From: Neocallimastix sp. 'constans'
Lineage: Eukaryota
Direction: 5' to 3'
NCBI GenBank assembly: GCA_050613775.1
Contig: JBODTK010000118.1
Location: 372,001-436,000 of the forward strand
DNA length: 64,000 bases
The notes beneath the pieces were generated by a model. That model was given only the letters and a program-made list of their open reading frames with translations, had not been told where the DNA came from and did not search any database. Positions 57,565 to 64,000 of this stretch are shown piece after piece. The position numbers and the translations under genes are program-made. How positions within the stretch are numbered: the first letter of the stretch is position 1; the number at the start of each line of letters is the position of its first letter.

Positions 57565-59220
57565 TTAATATTATAATATTAATTAGTAATATATATTAAT
57601 ATAATCTACTATCATATTAAATAATATAAAAAAAAATTTTTTTTTAATTCTTTAGTAGTTAGTTAAAAAGATGAAAAAAAAAAAAAAAAAAAAAGAAATT
57701 AAAGGACCTTTATTTCAAATTTTTATAATTACAACATATTTCTTATAAACATTTTTATTTTATGTTAAACAACAATAATAACAAAAACAAAAAGAAATCC
57801 AAAATTAGTGAATAATATTATTTTATATTATAGTAAATTTCAAGTAATATATTTTGTTAATATATTAAATAATTCAAATTTTATACCATTAGATTATAGG
57901 TTAAATAAAATTTATTTGTACATTAATAAAACTTTTTTTAAAATATCATACTAAAATCTTTTTTTTTAATTAATTATATAAATTTGAAAATTTTTTAAAA
58001 ATTAAATTTCCAATAATAAAAAAATTTTAATAAATTTAAATATATATATTAATTATTTATAAATAATTTATAAAAATATAAAAGTGATTTTAATTATTAA
58101 TAAAATATTTGTAATAATAATTTTTATCTATATTTATTGTTGATTCTATCTGATAGTTAATTTATTATTATTAATTGTCTTTTCATTGCTTTATTAATTA
58201 TACCAACTAAAATGAATTTATTTCGAATGAAATATTAATTTTTGTAATAATAATAATTTTCTATTATATTATATTAAAAAATAAAAAATTAAAAAATATT
58301 TAGAAAAGGAAATAAAGTAATAGACAAAGAAATTAAGTGTTAAATATTTATTAATGTTTTTTTTTTTTTTAATTAAAAATTTTTTGCTATATTCATTTCT
58401 TTTATATCAAGGTTATTCCTGAAATTATATATTCAAATATCAAAGAAAACAAATCTAAAGAAAGCAATACTGATATAAATCAAACATTTGTTTCTTATAA
58501 TGCAACAAAACCTTGATGATTGAGTAGATCTAAGTGAATATTCAATGAACTATTCTTTAGATTAGTGAGATAGTGTACTGAATGTTGTAGTAGTTTTTAT
58601 CAGGAAAACAAAAAAATTTAGGATAAAGTATAAAAAAATATGTTTTGAATCAATTTATGAAAAAAACAAAAACAAAAACAAAAAAGCAGCATAAAACTAT
58701 ATAATAGTAAATTCATTTTTTCATTTTTTTGGGATTAATTTTATATATTTTGTTTTCAATTCTTCATTTTTTGGGAAATCTTTGTAAGAAAAAGTATATT
58801 CAAAATAAATTAATTCTATAAATTTAAAAAATGATACATAAATTATTATATTATAAAAAATTATTATATAATATATTATTTAATATAAATATTTAATTTT
58901 TATTTTTATTTAAATTTTTATAGTTAATTAAAACCAAAGGAATTAAATTTATAATTACTATTATTATTATTTTATAATTAATTTTAATATATTTTTTTTA
59001 TAAAATATTTTTATCGAAATTTTAACATTTAAATTGAAGGAATATATAAAAATAATTTAGAATAAAACATTATATTATTGATATCTTCTTTTAAATGATA
59101 GTATATATTTCTTTATAATATCGTAAAATAAATAAATGTTATTTATATAATGTGTGAAATATAAAAATAAATTTGAAGTACATCTATAATATATATTAAG
59201 TTTTTATGTAAATATTAATT

Positions 59221-59255
<35 letters not shown>

Positions 59256-59315
59256 AGGATATTTATATATAGTATATTTAATATAATCAGTACAATATTT
59301 GTAATTTAAAAATAT

Positions 59316-59346
<31 letters not shown>

Positions 59347-59728
59347 TTTTTTTTTTGAAGAATCTATAATAAATTATTTTATAAAAAGGTATTAAAAATC
59401 TAATATATTTTAATTAAATTACTTTTCTTATTCATCCATTAATAAATTTAATATAAATTTATTAAAATATATTTAAACAAAAAAAAAAAAAAATAATAAT
59501 AATAAAAAAAAAAAAAAAAGAAAAGAATTAAAAATAAAGCAATAATAAAAAAAAAAAAACCAAAAAAAAGAAAGAAAAACAATTAAAATAAAGTAATAAT
59601 AATAATAATAATAATAAAATAAAAAAATATAATAAATAGTAAAAAGTAAAAAATAAAATAATAAAATCAATTTATTATATTTAAAATTTACAATAAAAAA
59701 TAAATAAAAATATTTTATTTTATTCAAA

Positions 59729-62700
59729 ATGGAAAAAGAACAATTCTTTGAAGAAGATATTGAAAGAACAAATGAAACTAAAAATGATAATATAATAATA
59801 AATAATGATGACAATTCAATTCCAAAAATTCAAAATAAAGAAAACTTTCAAGAAATAATAAATAATCAAACCTTTGAATTTAATAATATTGAAAATATAG
59901 TTGATGATAAAGACAATAAAGAAAATAATATTTCAATAACAAAAATTAAGGAAGAAATTTCTGTAGAAAACAAAGAAGAATTGATAGGAATTAAAGATGA
60001 AAATAATGGGATAAATACTACTTGTACAACTACAACTACTACTAATAATATTATTAGTAACAACAACAATAATAATAATATTAAAAATTGTGTAATTAAA
60101 GAGGAAATAAATTCAAAATTGAAATCTGACAATCCAACTGAATTTAAAGAACCAAAAATTGATGATAATGTTAAAAAAAATATAGGAAAAAAAGATAATG
60201 TGACAGAAAACAACAGAAATTTTTCAGAACAAAAGATAAATAATAATAATAATATTGAAGAAAACCTTGAAGCAAAGCCTTCTGAAAAAGAAGAGAACAA
60301 AAAAAAAGAAAAGGAAGAAATTTCTTCAGAAACATTTACAAAACAAAATAATAAGAAAACAATTAATATAACAGATATTAAAAAATCTCTAAGGGAATAT
60401 TATACGAAAATATCAAGTTTTGTTTTTAAATTTAAAAATAACAATCCTCGTTTATTTAATATTTTAATTATATCTTTATTTATTGTATTATTATTTCCGA
60501 AATTATTATTATTATTAATTGTTTTAATTGCTGGTTTTATTATGGGGTTAATGTATATTGTTCCAACAAGAGATATGGAAAGCTTTAATAGTATAAAAGC
60601 AAATAGTTTGACTGAACTTCAACGAAATCAAAAAATAAATGATAGAATTACCAAAATTCAACAGAAAAAAGAAAAAGTAAAATGAAATTATTATTTATAT
60701 ATATATATTTTATTAATAATAGAAATTTATATTTATATTTATATTTTTTATTTTATTTAATTTAATTTAATTTTTTACTTTTATTTTTTTTTTATTTTTT
60801 TATTTTTTATTTTATTATTTTTAATTTTTTAATTTTTTAATTTTTTAATTTTTTAATTTTTTAATTTTTTAATTTTTTAATTTTTTAATTTTTTTATTTT
60901 TTAATTTTTTATTTTTTTATTTATTTTTTTATTTTTTTATTTTTTTATTTTTTTATTTTTTTATTTTTTTTAATTTTTTTATTTTTTTATTTTTTTTTTA
61001 TTTTTTTATTTTTTTATTTTTTTATTTTTTATTTTTTGTTATTTATAACTGATTATAAATATTATTATTTTTATTTTTAATATTATTAAATTAAATAGAT
61101 AGTAATTGTTAATAATAATGAATTTACTCCTGAAATGAGATTAGCATTAGATAATTTTTTGGACGATTTTGTTAAAAATTATATTGACAAGTGGTGGGTA
61201 AAACTTAATCATTCTAATAATACTGAATTTACTGATGATATCAAAATTGTATTAAATAAAGCATTTTCAAAAATTAATTTATATTCAAGAAATGTATCTA
61301 TTACTTCATTAATTATACCTATATTTAATCATTTAATTGAACAAATGGTAAGTTATAAATAAATTAAAATATAATAAATAGTAGTTGTTATTAATATACA
61401 TATTTATTATAGCAATTATATAGAGAATATGAAGAAGCAGGACTACCACCTAATGTTTATATAAAAAGATTTTCTAATTCAAAATTAACAAAATATACTT
61501 CAAAAGAATCAGAGATGAAAATATTGAGAGATTTGGGATCAATAATTGCAAATCAAGTTTTGGAACCAAAAGAAAAAGAATGTCATGCTGTATTTTCATT
61601 TATCCAAGAAATAATGGCAACTACCGTTCTATTGCCAGTTGTTGAAAAACTTTCGGATCCGTATTTCTTTAATAATTTAATTTACACTAAATTAGGTGAT
61701 AATTCTAAGCCGAAAAAGAAGGCACAAAAATTAAGTGTACTACAAGATAATAATCTAAATAAGAAAAGCAGTCAAGTTAGTCTTGATAGTTCAATGAGCT
61801 TTGATAATAATAGTCAAAGCAATTTCTCAATAAATCAGAATTCTTCAGCTGAAGTATCTTATGATAAATATAATGATTCAACTGTTGGTCAATTTGATCA
61901 AAGAAATGATGTTTCATTAATATTAAATGATACAAATATGAATCGAATGAGTTTTGAAGAAGGAATAAAAGATAGAAAAACTTTTTCTGATTTTAATATT
62001 TATTTGAAAAGTCATAATTTAGATGTGTTATTATATTTATATATCAAAATAGAGCAATTTAAGGAATGTTTTAGTAATGAAGAATTTGATCTTGATACAA
62101 TTGAAAATTATGGTAATAATATTATTAGTAATTTTATTTTTAATAATCCTAATGTTTTATTGGAAAATTTGATTCATCCAGCTATTGTCGAAAAGTATTA
62201 TATTCGTATTGATAATAGTGTCTTGCGAGGAAATCTTTTTGATGAATTGCAAAAAGAAGTATCACTTACAATAAATCAAAAATTTTGGCCAATCTTTATG
62301 AAAAATTATTATCAATCGAATGATGATAGTAGTACTCTTGATTCTGATCATAATGAAAGTGGTCAAGAATTAGAGGATGAATTTATTGTAGTTGATCCTT
62401 ACGCCCTTCCACCAAATGTTAAAAATTTTGAAGAATATTCATTTGATGATATTATGATTAGTTCAAAGAATGATAATGCTTTATCTTCATTTATTAATCG
62501 TATTCCTCCATTAAGACAAAAGACTTTAGTCACTAATAGATATAATTTATATAAACACAGAAGATGTCTTTCTGAAGGTGATATCATAACTATAAAAACT
62601 TTTGGTACTGATTATATTAATAAAATGAAAAACATTTATGGTGAAAAATATATTATTAAGGATCATAAAAGAATAGATAGGCATTTAGATCATATTATTC

Positions 62701-64000
62701 TTCTTACCCAAAATAAAATTAAACAGTATGGAGAAGATATTGTTACTAAAAGGAAAGAAGTATTAGCTTTAGATCAAACAATTGAACATGTCATGGATAA
62801 CTTCAATCGTAGTGAAAATAAGGATGAAGAACTTTTCCAAATTACAATGAAAAATATTACTGGAAGGAAAATGGAATATCAAATGGAAATTGAAGAATTA
62901 AACCAAGTTAGAACTTCTCTTGAAAATAAAATTGTTGAACTGAAAAAACATCAAATTTATAGGGCAAAGTATAAGATTATTATAATAGATCCATTACAAG
63001 ATTCATTTATAATCAACAATAAAAATATTCCTGATAACTATCAATTCCAATTAGAAGTCTATAATATAGTGAATACTAACGAAAAATATGAAATGACAAA
63101 GACTTATAAAGAGTTTTACAACTTTCATCGCCTATTAAAGCTTAAATATAAGAGTATTCCTGATTTCCCTACTTATGAATATATAATTTATAAGAAAAAA
63201 TTCTTTAGAAATCATTTAATTTCAAGAAAAGCACTTCCATTTGAACAAAGAGAATCTGTTTTTATTGATATATATAAAGTTCGTATGAGCGAATTGGTTC
63301 AAGAATTAGAAAACTATATAAATATTTTATCTAATATTCCAACAATTGGAGAAAATCCGGATTTTATAAAGTTCATTATAAAAACAATTCAAATTCCATC
63401 AGTACCATTAAGAGGTCCTTCTTCCGCGTCCATAGTAAATCAACGTTTACAACCGGAGATAGAAAATGACCGTAGAAGAAGAAGATCTTTCAATGATAAA
63501 AAATCTTTATCCTCTGTGATGAACTTCATTAAACCTACTAAAGGTAGTAATCGTAGAGAAAAATCTTCATCATTTTCTTTTAGTCGATTAAATGAAAAAA
63601 TTAATGAAAAAATTAGTGATAAAATCAATGATAAATTTTTTAGTCCAAATTCTACAGGTAGCACTAGTAGTCGTTTAAGAAAACTTGCACCAAACTTAAA
63701 TAGGACTTCTTCCAACGTATCTGATCGTGCCCCACTACCTAATGGTTCTATTCGTAATCATTTTGGTAACAGATATGATAGTCTTACTTCTAATGGCAGT
63801 AGAACAACATCAGTAAGTAGTATGAGTATGATAAGCAATGATAGTAATGCTAGTAGTCGAAATCCATCTTCAACAGATTTATTAACTAAGCGTAATGAAC
63901 AAGTCGAAATTTTTGAAGTTCAAAGTGAAGCTGATAGTATTAAAAATTCTAAATCTAATGAAGATCCTGTTAACATAAATATGAGTCAAGAAGCTATTGA
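59729..64000 (+). CDS. Membrane-anchored PXA-RGS-PX sorting nexin (SNX13/14/25, Mdm1-like); runs off the 3' end of the window
   Basis: Hydrophobic hairpin (LFNILIISLFIVLLFPKLLLLLIVLIAGFIMGLMY); PXA (ALDNFLDDFVKNYIDKWW..FIQEIMATTVLLPVVEKLSDPYFFN); RGS-like (KTFSDFNIYLKSHNLDVLLYLYIKIEQFK); PX-like (KTYKEFYNFHRLLKLKYKSIPDFP..ELENYINIL). Introns at ~60677-61098 and ~61349-61412. Confidence 0.85.
60780..61037. repeat. (TTTTTTAA/TTTTTTA)n intronic array
   Basis: Directly visible in sorting nexin intron 1. Confidence 0.9.

Overview
Extremely AT-rich, intron-rich eukaryotic DNA with many (AAT)n, (AAAT)n and poly-A/T tracts. The gene set (septin, Pom152-like, Sds23-like, Dbf4) is fungal, and the base composition points to an anaerobic gut fungus (Neocallimastigomycota; inference). 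Spliced genes read from the sequence: Elongin C (-), Sds23-like CBS protein (+), a very large ~2300-aa Dbf4-like protein (-), a septin (-), a ~1090-aa coiled-coil protein (-), a UBA-ZnF-UBX p97 adaptor (+), a small hypothetical protein (+), FUN14/FUNDC (+), WDR62/MAPKBP1-like (+) and a 3'-partial PXA-RGS-PX sorting nexin (+). The most unusual parts are: (i) 18.6-23.4 kb, where a broken RNA polymerase RPB6 gene has its middle replaced in frame by a tandemly duplicated 489-bp intronless LRR-like cassette, next to a truncated, frameshifted Pom152 copy and a poly-A-flanked GC-richer island; (ii) a ~430-nt non-coding GC-richer island at 42.46-42.89 kb with end-to-end pairing and several hairpins, a candidate structured RNA of unknown class. 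All calls come from manual translation and motif recognition; no searches were run.
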